From the NCBI GenBank assembly GCA_003963005.1, contig RXJW01000066.1:4981-68980 (forward strand): a stretch of DNA of 64,000 bases. Direction: 5' to 3'. Below the pieces are notes generated by a model. It saw nothing but the letters and a program-made list of their open reading frames with translations. It searched no databases and was not told where the DNA came from. The DNA is from Burkholderiales bacterium. Its GTDB lineage: Bacteria; Pseudomonadota; Gammaproteobacteria; Burkholderiales; Burkholderiaceae_C. This document shows positions 49,337-58,730 of this stretch, in pieces; positions within the stretch are counted from its first letter, which is position 1, and each line of letters begins with the position of its first letter. Made by a program: the position numbers and the translations under genes.

Positions 49337-50245
49337 TCAGCCGCCGCCGACCGAATCCGCCTGGGTGACGATGCTGCCCGGCGGCACGCTGCGCGTCAGC
49401 CAGACGTTGCCGCCGATGACCGAGCCACGGCCGATCGTCACGCGGCCGAGCACCGTCGCACCGGCGTAGATGACGACCTCGTCCTCCACCACCGGATGGC
49501 GCGGCTGGCCCTTGACGGCCAGGCCGTCACCGTCGGTCGGGATGCTTTTCGCGCCGAGCGTGACGTTTTGGTAGATGCGCACCCGCTCGCCCAGCACCGC
49601 GGTCTCGCCGATGACGACGCCCGTGCCGTGGTCGATGAAGCAGCCGCTGCCGATGGTGGCGCCGGGGTGGATGTCGATGCCGGTCTCGGCGTGCGCCAGT
49701 TCGGCTACGACGCGCGCCAGCAGAGGCAGCCCCAGCGTGTAGAGCTCATGCGCGATGCGGTGGCTGATCAGTGCCCGCAGCCCCGGGTAGCACAGCAGCA
49801 CCTCGTCGACGCTGCGCGCGGCCGGGTCGCCCTGGAAGGCCGCCAGCACATCGCTGTCCAGCAGCACGCGCAGCCGCGGCAGCGTGCGCAGGAAGCGGCT
49901 GGCGAGCTCGCCCGGATCCTGCACCGGGAGCGTGTCGCCGCGCTGGCGAGCGTCGTGGCGCAGCTCCAGCGCGGCCTGCTGGCGCAGCGTGGTCATGGCC
50001 GTGCCGAGCGTGTGGCCGACGTAGAAATCCTCGTTCTCGGGCCGCAAGGTCGGTGGGCCCAGGCGCATCGGGAACAGGGCGCCGGACAGGCACTGCACCA
50101 TGCCGGCCAGCAGTTCGCGTGAAGGCAGCTCGCGGCCGTCGCTGCCGCGGCGGTGCGCGTCGCGCCATTGACGGCGGGCGGCACGGAGCGCGTCGACGAC
50201 GGCTCTCATGTCATCGGCGGAGGCAGGGGCGGGCGCGGTACTCAT
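49337..50245 (-). CDS. cysE: Serine O-acetyltransferase (EpsC/CysE family)
   Basis: GDPAA, YPG, TGIDIHPGA, FIDHGTGVVIGET, RHP hexapeptide repeats. Confidence 0.9.
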   Translation of the reverse strand: MSTAPAPASADDMRAVVDALRAARRQWRDAHRRGSDGRELPSRELLAGMVQCLSGALFPMRLGPPTLRPENEDFYVGHTLGTAMTTLRQQAALELRHDARQRGDTLPVQDPGELASRFLRTLPRLRVLLDSDVLAAFQGDPAARSVDEVLLCYPGLRALISHRIAHELYTLGLPLLARVVAELAHAETGIDIHPGATIGSGCFIDHGTGVVIGETAVLGERVRIYQNVTLGAKSIPTDGDGLAVKGQPRHPVVEDEVVIYAGATVLGRVTIGRGSVIGGNVWLTRSVPPGSIVTQADSVGGG

Positions 50246-50747
50246 AGCGGCCGAGTATAGAAATCCACCACCGGCGCGTGCGCTGTGCCAGGCATGCCAT
50301 CACGGCCGTTGTGGCCAGCATGGCGGCGAGGTGCACCGCGCAGGCGGCGAGCGCCGTGGCGATCGAACCCGACGCGGTCAGCGCCCGCGCCGGCGCGCTG
50401 CCCAGGCACAGCGGCACCAGGGCCGGCACGAGCATCATGCCGCTGCCATGCAGGGCCGTGACGAGACCCGACCACACCGCCACGCCGGCACGGTGCTGCC
50501 GCCCGCACAGTGCCACCGCCAGCAGTGCGGCGCAGGCCCAGGGCCAGATCGCCAGGGTCGCCGGGCCGGCGAGGCGCACGGCCACCGCCGTGCCGGCCAC
50601 CACGCCGACATGGCCGAGGGCCAGTGGCACGAGGGCCCGGCGCGGGGCGGCCGTGCAGGCCAGCAGTGCCCAGCCCGTGGCCGGATGCAGGCCGTGCAGG
50701 GCACCCGCGCCGGCCACGGCGAGCCAGGGCCACCCGCCGTCGACCAT
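50211..50747 (-). CDS. Hypothetical membrane protein (GALHGLHPATGW motif)
   Basis: Hydrophobic, His-containing TMs, HGSGMMLVP; starts 3 nt after the DUF899 stop. Confidence 0.6.
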   Translation of the reverse strand: MVDGGWPWLAVAGAGALHGLHPATGWALLACTAAPRRALVPLALGHVGVVAGTAVAVRLAGPATLAIWPWACAALLAVALCGRQHRAGVAVWSGLVTALHGSGMMLVPALVPLCLGSAPARALTASGSIATALAACAVHLAAMLATTAVMACLAQRTRRWWISILGRYEYRARPCLRR

Positions 50748-50750
50748 CGC

Positions 50751-51497
50751 TCAGCCGCCCGCCGCGCAGCAGGCAGCCGGTGCGGGCGCCTCGGCGTGCT
50801 CGTAGCGGTCGTGGTGACGCACCCAGGCCATCGTGTGGTCGAGCCCGGCCTCGTCGCGGCCGCGCGGCGTGAGATCGATCAGACCGTAGGTGCCCATCAT
50901 CACCTCCACGCCGCGGCCGAACGTCGAGTACGTGTGTAAGACTTCGCCGGCCTCGTCCCTGCAGAAGATGCTGATGCCCGGCGCTTCCGTCGCCGGTAAG
51001 GGACGCATCTCGTAGTTGTAGAAGACCGTGCCGTCGACCCGGTCCTGCGGGCCGAAGCTGACGTTGAAATCCTGGTTGAAGGTGCTGCCATGCGACGAGG
51101 CCCACCGGAAGCGCCAGCCCATGCGCTGCCGGAACGGCTCGATCTCGGCCAGCGGCGCACGCGAGACCACCAGCAGGGCGATGTCGCGCTGGGCCAGGTG
51201 CGGCGCCATCGCGTCCAGGTGGTCGGCCATGTACGAGCAGCTCTTGCAGCCTTCGGTCCAGCCCGGGCCGAACATGAAGTGCTGCACCAGCAACTGGTGT
51301 CGGCCCTGGAAGAGGTCGGCCAGCCGGCGCGGGCCGGCGGGCGTGTCGAGCAGGTAGTCCTGGCGCAGCCGGACCCAGGGCAGCGCGCGGCGTTCCGCGG
51401 CGACCTGGTCCTGCAGCCGGGTCAGTGCCTTCTCGCGGGCCAGCAGCGCGCGGCGCTCGGCCAGCCACTGGTCGCGGGTGACGGTGGGATGGGTCAT
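50751..51497 (-). CDS. DUF899 thioredoxin-like protein
   Basis: LLAREK...RRALPW, LADLFQGR.QL, HFMFGP, GCKSCS, HTYSTFGRG, LDLTP.GR-like motifs. Confidence 0.88.
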   Translation of the reverse strand: MTHPTVTRDQWLAERRALLAREKALTRLQDQVAAERRALPWVRLRQDYLLDTPAGPRRLADLFQGRHQLLVQHFMFGPGWTEGCKSCSYMADHLDAMAPHLAQRDIALLVVSRAPLAEIEPFRQRMGWRFRWASSHGSTFNQDFNVSFGPQDRVDGTVFYNYEMRPLPATEAPGISIFCRDEAGEVLHTYSTFGRGVEVMMGTYGLIDLTPRGRDEAGLDHTMAWVRHHDRYEHAEAPAPAACCAAGG

Positions 51498-51583
51498 GGG
51501 ATCTCCTGGGGTTGAGATGGGGGATGGCAAGGCATGCGGCAGCGCCACCCGCAGGGCGGGCGGTGTGTCGCGTCAGGGGAACT

Positions 51584-52228
51584 TCAGCCCCGCGTGCGGG
51601 GCGGGCGGCGCACGGCGCGGACCTTGCCGCTCAGGCCGCCACCGGCGTAGAACAGCTCGGCGCCGTCGGATTCCAGGCCGCTCACGCCCACGCCGGGCGG
51701 CATCTGCAGGCGCTCGAGCACGGTGCCGTCGGCGGGGTCGATGCGGCGGATGTCGCTGCTCTCGTCCTCCCAGGTGCCGTGCCAGAGTTCGCCGTCCACC
51801 CAGGTCACGCCGGTGACGAAGCGGTTGGACTCGATGCTGCGGCGGATGGCGCCGGTCTCGGGGTCGATCTGGTGGATCTTGCGGCCCCGGTGCTGGCCCA
51901 CCCACAGGCTGCCTTCGGCCCAGGCCAGGCCCGAGTCACCGCCCTGGCCGGGTGCGGGGATGGAGGCCACCACCGCGCCGCTGGCGGGGTCGATCTTGTC
52001 GATGCGGGTTTCGGCCAGCTGGTAGAGGTAGCGGCCGTCGAAAGCCGTGCCGGCGTCGCACGGGCGCGCCAGGCGGCGCTGTTCCTGGCCGGTGGCGGGA
52101 TCGAACGCGACCAGCGCCTGGCCGGTGGCCGCCCAGACCTGCCGGCCATCGTGGGTGACGCCGGCCACGCGGTCGGTGCCGTCGAACGGGCCGTACTCGC
52201 GAACGATCTCTGCGGGTTGTGTGCTCAT
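51584..52228 (-). CDS. Small beta-propeller (glutaminyl cyclotransferase/Vgb-like) protein
   Basis: Repeated G.AF/WDG..L...IDP..G blades; no signal peptide. Confidence 0.75.
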   Translation of the reverse strand: MSTQPAEIVREYGPFDGTDRVAGVTHDGRQVWAATGQALVAFDPATGQEQRRLARPCDAGTAFDGRYLYQLAETRIDKIDPASGAVVASIPAPGQGGDSGLAWAEGSLWVGQHRGRKIHQIDPETGAIRRSIESNRFVTGVTWVDGELWHGTWEDESSDIRRIDPADGTVLERLQMPPGVGVSGLESDGAELFYAGGGLSGKVRAVRRPPRTRG

Positions 52229-52254
52229 GGGGTGCTCCTGTCGAGGCCTCGACC

Positions 52255-53475
52255 TTAGCCAGACGGCAGCGCGGCAGGGAGTAACAAGACGGTCGTGAAT
52301 CCGGTCAGCGGCGGCGCCAGCCAGCGACGTGCCCGGCCCTGCCCCACCGCGCGCACGCGACCCTGGGCCTGCAACTCGGCCAACGCGCGTTGCACGTTGC
52401 GTTGGCTCTCGCCCAAGGCCAGGGCCAGTGCCGACGTCGACCAGGCGGCGCCGTCGGCCAGCAACGCGGTCAGCTCGCCGGCATCGCCGTCCACCGGTGG
52501 GGCGATCAGCGTGAGGGCCTGCGGGTCCCGCAGCTGCAGGGCGAAACCCCGGGGCGTGGCCACGAGGTCCGCGACCGGTGCGACGAGGCGGCGCAAGCGG
52601 CCGATCTCCACGCGCAACCGGGCGCGGTGGGTGTCGTCCACGTCGCGCAGCCGGAAGGCCCGGGCGATGAGGGTGTCGCGGGGTGCATCGGCGGGCCAGG
52701 CCTCGGCCAGCACCCGCAGCAGCACGAAGAGGATCGGGCGACGCGCCAGCGCGAGCTGCCAGTCGCCCGCCCGCAGCGCATGCCGGCAGGCGTCGACCAC
52801 CAGAGCGCCGGACGCCTGCAGCGCCGCCAGGTCGTGCATGCGCATCGGTTGCCAGGCGCCGTGCACCCAGCGGCGCGCCGCGATCTGGTGGAGCGCCGCG
52901 CCGGCGTCGGCCGTTTCCGCCTGCAGCGCGGGCACGCCCGCCTGCGCCGCGGCTTGCACGGCCTGCCGCAGCGCGGCGTTGGCGGCGTCGAGCTGCAGGC
53001 GACGCAGCTCCAGCTCCAGCTGGGCCAGTGCCGCCACCGTGGCCTGCAGCGGCGGCAGGCGCAGGGCCTGCAGCGGGGCGAGCCCTGCGGCGGCCTCGTC
53101 GAGCCGGCCCAGCAGCAGTGCGCGGCGCGCCGCCACCAGGCGGGCATGCGTCGCGTTGGTCGCATCGCCACGGGCCTGCAGCAGGGTGGTGGCAGCCGGC
53201 AGGTCGGGCGTGGGGGCGGCCAGGTCGCGCAGTGCCAGGGCCACCTCGGCCTCGGCCACCACGCAGCGGGCGCGGGCCAGCGGCTCGCGTGGTCCGAAGC
53301 CGCGCGCCGCGCGCCGCAGCAGCTCGCGGGCCCGCGGCAGCTCACCGAGCTGCGCCATGGCGATGCCTCGCAGGGCGAGCGCCGGCGGGTCGTCGCGCAA
53401 GGCCACCTGCTTGAGCGCCGCCAGCGCATCGCCGCCGGCCAGCGCGCGCGCCGCAGCGCTGATCAGCGAATCCAT
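52255..53475 (-). CDS. Putative transcriptional regulator (helical/TPR-like N-terminus, winged HTH domains)
   Basis: ALRDDPPALALRGIAMAQLG; RARLRVEIGRLR; WSTSALALALG.SQRNVQRAL. Confidence 0.75.
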   Translation of the reverse strand: MDSLISAAARALAGGDALAALKQVALRDDPPALALRGIAMAQLGELPRARELLRRAARGFGPREPLARARCVVAEAEVALALRDLAAPTPDLPAATTLLQARGDATNATHARLVAARRALLLGRLDEAAAGLAPLQALRLPPLQATVAALAQLELELRRLQLDAANAALRQAVQAAAQAGVPALQAETADAGAALHQIAARRWVHGAWQPMRMHDLAALQASGALVVDACRHALRAGDWQLALARRPILFVLLRVLAEAWPADAPRDTLIARAFRLRDVDDTHRARLRVEIGRLRRLVAPVADLVATPRGFALQLRDPQALTLIAPPVDGDAGELTALLADGAAWSTSALALALGESQRNVQRALAELQAQGRVRAVGQGRARRWLAPPLTGFTTVLLLPAALPSG

Positions 53476-53562
53476 GGTGCGGCCGGCTGCGCGGTCTGCA
53501 AGACCGGCCAGGCGCGCTCGCGTGCAGCGATGCGAGCAGGGGCGACCGGCTTGCGTTTCACG

Positions 53563-54774
53563 TCACTGCGGCGCGAGCAGCAGCAGGCTGCCGTTGCGGT
53601 CTTCGGTGATCCACAGGCGGCCGTTGCCGTCCTGGGCCAGGTCGACCGGCGCGCCCATCGGGTGCTGGCCGGCCTGCGCCTGCCAGCCGTCGATCAGGGG
53701 CACGGCCTCGCCGGTCGGCTGATGCCGGGCGTCGAAGCGCCAGGCCATCAGCCGATGACCGGTGGGCTGGTAACCGTGCCACGCCATGACCAGGGCACCG
53801 CGCCAGGCCGCCGGTGCGCCGGGGCCGTAGAACAGCATGCCCAGCGGCGCGGCGTGGGCCGGGATCAGCTTCACGGGGGGCGTGAAGTCGTTGCAGCTGC
53901 GCGCACCGAACGCCGTGTCGAGCACGTCGCGCCCGGTGCAGTGCGGCCAGCCATAGTGTCGACCGGGCTCGACGAGGTTGAGCTCGTCCGGCGGGCTGGC
54001 CTTGTCGTAGGTGTCGCCGGGCAGGCTGTCGCGGCTGTTCTCGGCCTGCCAGAGCGCGCCGCTGACCGGGTGCAGCGCCAGGCCCATCGAGTTGCGCAGG
54101 CCCCAGGCCAGGGGCTGGCCGGTCCAGGGTGCGCTGTCGCCGGCCGCACCGGGGCTGAACTTCCAGACCGCCGCCTGGGCCTGAGGTCCGCCCGTCTGCG
54201 GGCACCCGTCGCGCGTGCCGGCCGGGGCGCCGTCCATGGCTTCGCAGTGGTCGCTCGGCGCGCCGATGTTCACGAGGAGTGCGCCGCTGGCGTCGACGAC
54301 GAAGGACTTCAGCGGATGCCGGCCCTGCGTGGGCAGGCCGGTGACGAGCGGCGTGACACGCGGCGGCTGGCCAGGGCTCAGTTCGACCCGGCTGATGCGG
54401 TGCGCCTCGGCCAGCAGCAGGCGGCCTTGCGCGTCCTGCCGCAGCCCGTGCGGGCGGTCGAGGCCGCTGAGCAGCACCGTCACGCGGAAGGGCTGGCCGG
54501 GCTCGCGCGTGAGCTGCAGCAGACGCCCGCGGTTGGGGTTCCAGTTGCCCATGTCGGTCACGAGCAGGTGGTTGGCGTCGAGCGCCAGCACGCCGCGCGG
54601 ACGGCCGAGGTCGCTGGCGGCGAGCGCCACGCAGAAGCCGGGCGCCACCTTCAGCGAGGTGATGGCAGGCAGGCCGTCGCAGCGGCCGGCCGTGCGGTAG
54701 GCCGGGGGCTCGGCGCGGGCGGGGGCAGTCAGCGCGAGCAGCGCGAGCGTGGCGATCAGCAGGCGAGGTGTCAT
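53563..54774 (-). CDS. PQQ-dependent sorbosone/glucose dehydrogenase-family protein, exported
   Basis: Signal peptide, GLDRPHG, GLRNSMGL, DELN, HYGWP, HAAPLGM. Confidence 0.85.
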   Translation of the reverse strand: MTPRLLIATLALLALTAPARAEPPAYRTAGRCDGLPAITSLKVAPGFCVALAASDLGRPRGVLALDANHLLVTDMGNWNPNRGRLLQLTREPGQPFRVTVLLSGLDRPHGLRQDAQGRLLLAEAHRISRVELSPGQPPRVTPLVTGLPTQGRHPLKSFVVDASGALLVNIGAPSDHCEAMDGAPAGTRDGCPQTGGPQAQAAVWKFSPGAAGDSAPWTGQPLAWGLRNSMGLALHPVSGALWQAENSRDSLPGDTYDKASPPDELNLVEPGRHYGWPHCTGRDVLDTAFGARSCNDFTPPVKLIPAHAAPLGMLFYGPGAPAAWRGALVMAWHGYQPTGHRLMAWRFDARHQPTGEAVPLIDGWQAQAGQHPMGAPVDLAQDGNGRLWITEDRNGSLLLLAPQ

Positions 54775-54870
54775 GCCGCCATTGTGTGGGTCGCCGGGCT
54801 GATACAGCGTGACGCCCGGCCATCGGCACTGTGCCTTCACGCCCGGACGCGAGGCCGCTGCAATCGCGGC

Positions 54871-55455
54871 ATGAACGAGATGCTGCCGCTGCTGAGCTAC
54901 TGCGCGCTGATGTCCAGCACGCCCGGGCCGAACAACATGATGCTGGTGGCCAGCGGCGCCCACCACGGCTACCGGCGCACGGTGCCGGCCATCCTCGGCA
55001 TGGTGTGCGGCGTGGCCGCGCTCACGCTCGCTGCCTGCCTGGGGCTCGGGGCCATGTTCATGGCCTGGCCCTGGCTGCATGCGGCCCTCAAGCTGGCCGG
55101 CACGGCCTACCTGCTCGTGCTGGCCTGGCAGCTGGCCGGCGCGCCCGTGGCGCAGGACCGGCCGCCAGCGGAGCTCGGCTTCGCCAGGGCGGCCCTCTTC
55201 CAGGTCGTGAACCCCAAGAGCTGGATCCGTGCGCTGACCGTCGCCTCGGTCTTCATGCCGACCGGCCTGGGACTGCTGCCCGGCGCCTTGCTGGCCAGCG
55301 GCCTCGGGGCGGTCGTGGGCTTTCCGTGCATCTCGCTGTGGGCGCTGTTCGGGACCGGCATCGGCCGCTGGCTGTCCAGTCCGCGGAGGCGGCGCGCCTT
55401 CAATGTCATCATGGCCGCCTCGCTCGTGCTGCTTGCCCTGTCGTTGATGCGCTGA
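54871..55455 (+). CDS. LysE family translocator
   Basis: TPGPNN, LKLAG..YL..LAW, FQVVNPKSW. Confidence 0.92.
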   Translation: MNEMLPLLSYCALMSSTPGPNNMMLVASGAHHGYRRTVPAILGMVCGVAALTLAACLGLGAMFMAWPWLHAALKLAGTAYLLVLAWQLAGAPVAQDRPPAELGFARAALFQVVNPKSWIRALTVASVFMPTGLGLLPGALLASGLGAVVGFPCISLWALFGTGIGRWLSSPRRRRAFNVIMAASLVLLALSLMR

Positions 55456-56900
55456 TGTTCTCGCTGGACCGCGATTCCCCCACGCCGCTGGCCGAACAGA
55501 TCGAGCAGCGCCTGCAGGCCTTGATCGCCACGCAGCAGCTGCCGCCCGGCGCGCGGCTGAACTCCATCCGCCAGCTTGCACAGCGCCTGGGCGTGAGCCC
55601 GAACACCGTGGTCGTGGCCTACGACCGCTTGGTGGCCACCGGGCTGGTGGACTCCCGCGGCACCGCCGGCTTCTTCGTCAACGACGGCCCGGCCGATGCG
55701 CTGCCCGACGCGGCGCGCGTGGAAGCCGGCGAGGAGCAGGAACCCATCTGGCTGGCCCAGCAGGCCAACGACCAGAAGGCCGGCGTCCTGCTCGCCAGCA
55801 GCGGCGCGCTGCCCGCCACATGGCTGGAGGATGCGATCCCCGCCGCCGCGGTGCAGCGCGGCCTGGCGCGGGCGAACGCCGGCATGGCCTCGCGCTGCCC
55901 GCCCCAGGGCCTGCCCGAATTGCGTGAACGGCTGGCCACGATGCTGCGCAGCCAGGGTGTGCCGGCCGATGCCCACCGCGTGCTCACGACCTACGGCGGC
56001 ACGCATGCCATCGACCTGATCTGCCGCGCCTTCCTGCGGCCGGGCGACGCGGTCGCCGTGGAGACGCCGGGTTACTTCCTGCTGTTCGATCGCCTCCGGC
56101 AGGCCGGGGTGACCCTGGTGCCGGTGCCACGCCGGCCCGACGGCATCGACCTGGACGCGCTGGACGCCGCCTGCACCCGCCACCGGCCGCGCCTGCTGTT
56201 CCTGCAGAGCGTGCTGCACAACCCGACCGGCTGGGGCAGCACGGCGGCCAACCTTCACCGTGTGCTGATGCTCGCGCAGCGCCACGACCTGCTCGTGGCC
56301 GAGGACGACGTGCAGGGCCATTTCCACCCCGGCTCGCCGACGCGGCTGGCGCAGCTGTCGGGGCTGGAGCGGGTCATCTACTACTCCAGCGTCTGCAAGG
56401 CGATGAGCCCCGCGCTGCGGCTGGGCTATGTCGCGGCCGAGCCGGCGCACATCCGGGCGCTGATGCGCGAAAAGATCGTGTCGGTGCTCACCACCGCCAC
56501 GCTCAGCGAGCTGGTGCTGCTGGAGGTGCTGGCCGCCGGCCGCTGGCGCAAGCACCTGGACCGGCTGCAGCAGCGGCTCGCCCAGGCGCGTGTCCTGGCC
56601 GCGCAGCAGCTTCGCCAGGCCGGCGTGGCGCTGGAGCATCCCGGCGAGGGCGGCCTCTTCCTCTGGGGCGCGCTGCCGGCGGGTGTGGACGTGGATGCGG
56701 TCGTGCGCGAGGCCTTCCGGCGCGGCATCCTGCTCGTGCGCGGCGCGACCTTCTCGGCGGACGGCGCGGCCGACCGGCATGTTCGCTTCAACGTGGCGTT
56801 CAGCCAGCAGCCGCGGGTGGCCGACTTCCTGCGCGAGCAGCTCGGCGCCGCTGCGAGTGCCCAGCGGGCAGTGGAGAAAGCGCGCAGCCGCGTCAGCTGA
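55455..56900 (+). CDS. MocR/GntR family PLP-dependent transcriptional regulator
   Basis: wHTH SIRQLA..LGVSPNTV..AY; HNPTG, EDD, SVCK...LRLGY; TGATG overlap with lysE. Confidence 0.92.
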   Translation: MFSLDRDSPTPLAEQIEQRLQALIATQQLPPGARLNSIRQLAQRLGVSPNTVVVAYDRLVATGLVDSRGTAGFFVNDGPADALPDAARVEAGEEQEPIWLAQQANDQKAGVLLASSGALPATWLEDAIPAAAVQRGLARANAGMASRCPPQGLPELRERLATMLRSQGVPADAHRVLTTYGGTHAIDLICRAFLRPGDAVAVETPGYFLLFDRLRQAGVTLVPVPRRPDGIDLDALDAACTRHRPRLLFLQSVLHNPTGWGSTAANLHRVLMLAQRHDLLVAEDDVQGHFHPGSPTRLAQLSGLERVIYYSSVCKAMSPALRLGYVAAEPAHIRALMREKIVSVLTTATLSELVLLEVLAAGRWRKHLDRLQQRLAQARVLAAQQLRQAGVALEHPGEGGLFLWGALPAGVDVDAVVREAFRRGILLVRGATFSADGAADRHVRFNVAFSQQPRVADFLREQLGAAASAQRAVEKARSRVS

Positions 56901-57384
56901 CCCGCACCGCGTCGCCCACGCGGATCAGCCCGCCTTCCAGGATGCGCGCGGTCATGCCGCCGTGGCCGCGCATCGCGGCATAACCGCCCGGTCCGATGAC
57001 CTCCTCCATGCGCGAGCAGGGCGCGCACGGGCCGACGAGTTCGAGCACGGCCTCGCCCACCCGCAGCCGCACCTTCTTGAGCGACAGCAGGTTGATGCCC
57101 GAAACGACGAGGTTGCGGCGCAGGTCCACGGCGTCCAGCGGGCCGCTGCGTGCCAGGGCCGCGATCACCGGCAGGTGCTCCTGCTGGATCAGCGTGACCT
57201 GGCGCGTGGACAGCTCGGCCTCGCCGCGCCGGCCGAGGCGGTCGTCCGCCAGGCCGATGCCGGCCAGCGCCATCGTCTGCTCGACCGTGCGGGCGCGCTC
57301 GCGCGGCTGGCCGCGCACGACGATGGCGTCCACCCGGCCCTGGATGTGATCGGGTGGCGTCATCAGGTCTCGCATCGTTTTCAT
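56893..57384 (-). CDS. MOSC domain protein
   Basis: RQVTLIQ.E, LRRNLVVSG, PCAPCSRM, GG.TARIL.GG.IRVGD. Confidence 0.9.
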   Translation of the reverse strand: MKTMRDLMTPPDHIQGRVDAIVVRGQPRERARTVEQTMALAGIGLADDRLGRRGEAELSTRQVTLIQQEHLPVIAALARSGPLDAVDLRRNLVVSGINLLSLKKVRLRVGEAVLELVGPCAPCSRMEEVIGPGGYAAMRGHGGMTARILEGGLIRVGDAVRVS

Positions 57385-57511
57385 GGTGTGCTCACGGCCC
57401 GGCTTGGGCCTGCCAGTGTAGGGATGGGGGGCGCTTCGGGATTGACCGCCCGGCAGCATGACCGGCGTGCTTGCGCGATCATTCGGCATCAGACCAACCT
57501 GAACGAGTGCC

Positions 57512-58666
57512 ATGAACAACTTCAATCTCTACGTGCCCACCCGCGTCCTGTTCGGCCAGGGCCAGATCGCCGGCATCGCCAAGCAGGTGCCCGCCGGCGC
57601 CCGCGTGCTCGTCACCTACGGGGGCGGCAGTGTGCTGGCCAACGGCGTGATGGCGCAGGTGCGCGCTGCGCTCGGCGAGCGCATCGTGGCCGAGTTCGGC
57701 GGCATCGAGCCCAACCCCGACTACGCCACGCTGATGCGCGCCGTGGCCGTGGGCCGTGAGCACAGCGTGGACTTCGTGCTCGCCGTCGGCGGCGGCTCGG
57801 TGGCCGACGGCAGCAAGTTCATCGTCGCAGCCCTGCACTACGAGGGTGACCCCTGGGAGATCCTGACCGGCAAGGGCAAGGTCAAGTCGGCCGTGCCGCT
57901 GGGCGTGGTGCTGACGCTGGCCGCCACCGGTTCCGAGATGAACTCTGGCGCCGTGGTGAGCCGCCGCGAGACCGGCGACAAGCTGTTCTTCGGGTCCGAG
58001 AAGGTCTTCCCGCGCTTCGCCGTGCTGGACCCGAGCACGCTGTTCAGCCTGCCGCCGCGGCAGACGGCCAACGGCGTGGTGGACGCCTTCGTGCACACCA
58101 TCGAGCAGTACCTGACCTACCCGGTCAATGCCAAGGTGCAGGACCGCATGGCCGAAGGCCTGCTGCTGACGCTGATCGAGGAAGGCCCCAAGGTGCTGGC
58201 TGCACCGACCGACTACGACGCCCGGGCCAATGTGATGTGGGCCGCGACCATGGCACTCAACGGCTACCTCGGCGCCGGTGTGCCGCAGGACTGGAGCACC
58301 CACATGCTCGGCCACGAGATCACCGCCGTGCACGGCCTGGATCACGCGCAGACGCTGGCCATCGTGCTGCCCGGCATGTTGGCGGCGCGCCGCGACCAGA
58401 AGCGTGCCAAGCTGCTGCAATACGCCGAGCGCGTCTGGGGCCTGCGTGACGGCAGCGAGGAAGCCCGCATCGACGGCGCCATCCAGGCCACGCGTGACTT
58501 CTTCGAGCAGATGGGCGTGCCCACGCGCCTCTCGGCCCACGGCATCCGCGAGCCCAAGCTCGATGCGATCCTCGCCAAGCTCGAAGCCCATGGCATGGTC
58601 AAGCTGGGCGAGCATGGCGACGTGACGCTGGACGTCAGCCGCGCGGTGCTGGAAGCGGTCGTCTGA
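57512..58666 (+). CDS. Iron-containing NADP-dependent alcohol dehydrogenase (YqhD/BdhA-like)
   Basis: YGGGS, GIEPNP, AVGGGSV.D, TL.ATGSE, DWSTHMLGHE, HAQTLA. Confidence 0.93.
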   Translation: MNNFNLYVPTRVLFGQGQIAGIAKQVPAGARVLVTYGGGSVLANGVMAQVRAALGERIVAEFGGIEPNPDYATLMRAVAVGREHSVDFVLAVGGGSVADGSKFIVAALHYEGDPWEILTGKGKVKSAVPLGVVLTLAATGSEMNSGAVVSRRETGDKLFFGSEKVFPRFAVLDPSTLFSLPPRQTANGVVDAFVHTIEQYLTYPVNAKVQDRMAEGLLLTLIEEGPKVLAAPTDYDARANVMWAATMALNGYLGAGVPQDWSTHMLGHEITAVHGLDHAQTLAIVLPGMLAARRDQKRAKLLQYAERVWGLRDGSEEARIDGAIQATRDFFEQMGVPTRLSAHGIREPKLDAILAKLEAHGMVKLGEHGDVTLDVSRAVLEAVV

Positions 58667-58730
58667 CCCTGCAGCGGGCCGCACGCGGGCCCAGCGTCTC
58701 ACGGCGGCTTCGATGCCGCCGCCGCGGGCC

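Noticed and set aside
52390-55455. 1021-aa ORF suggesting a giant LysE fusion
   Set aside because: Only 54871-55455 is LysE-like; the rest is antisense to two real genes in stop-poor GC-rich DNA.
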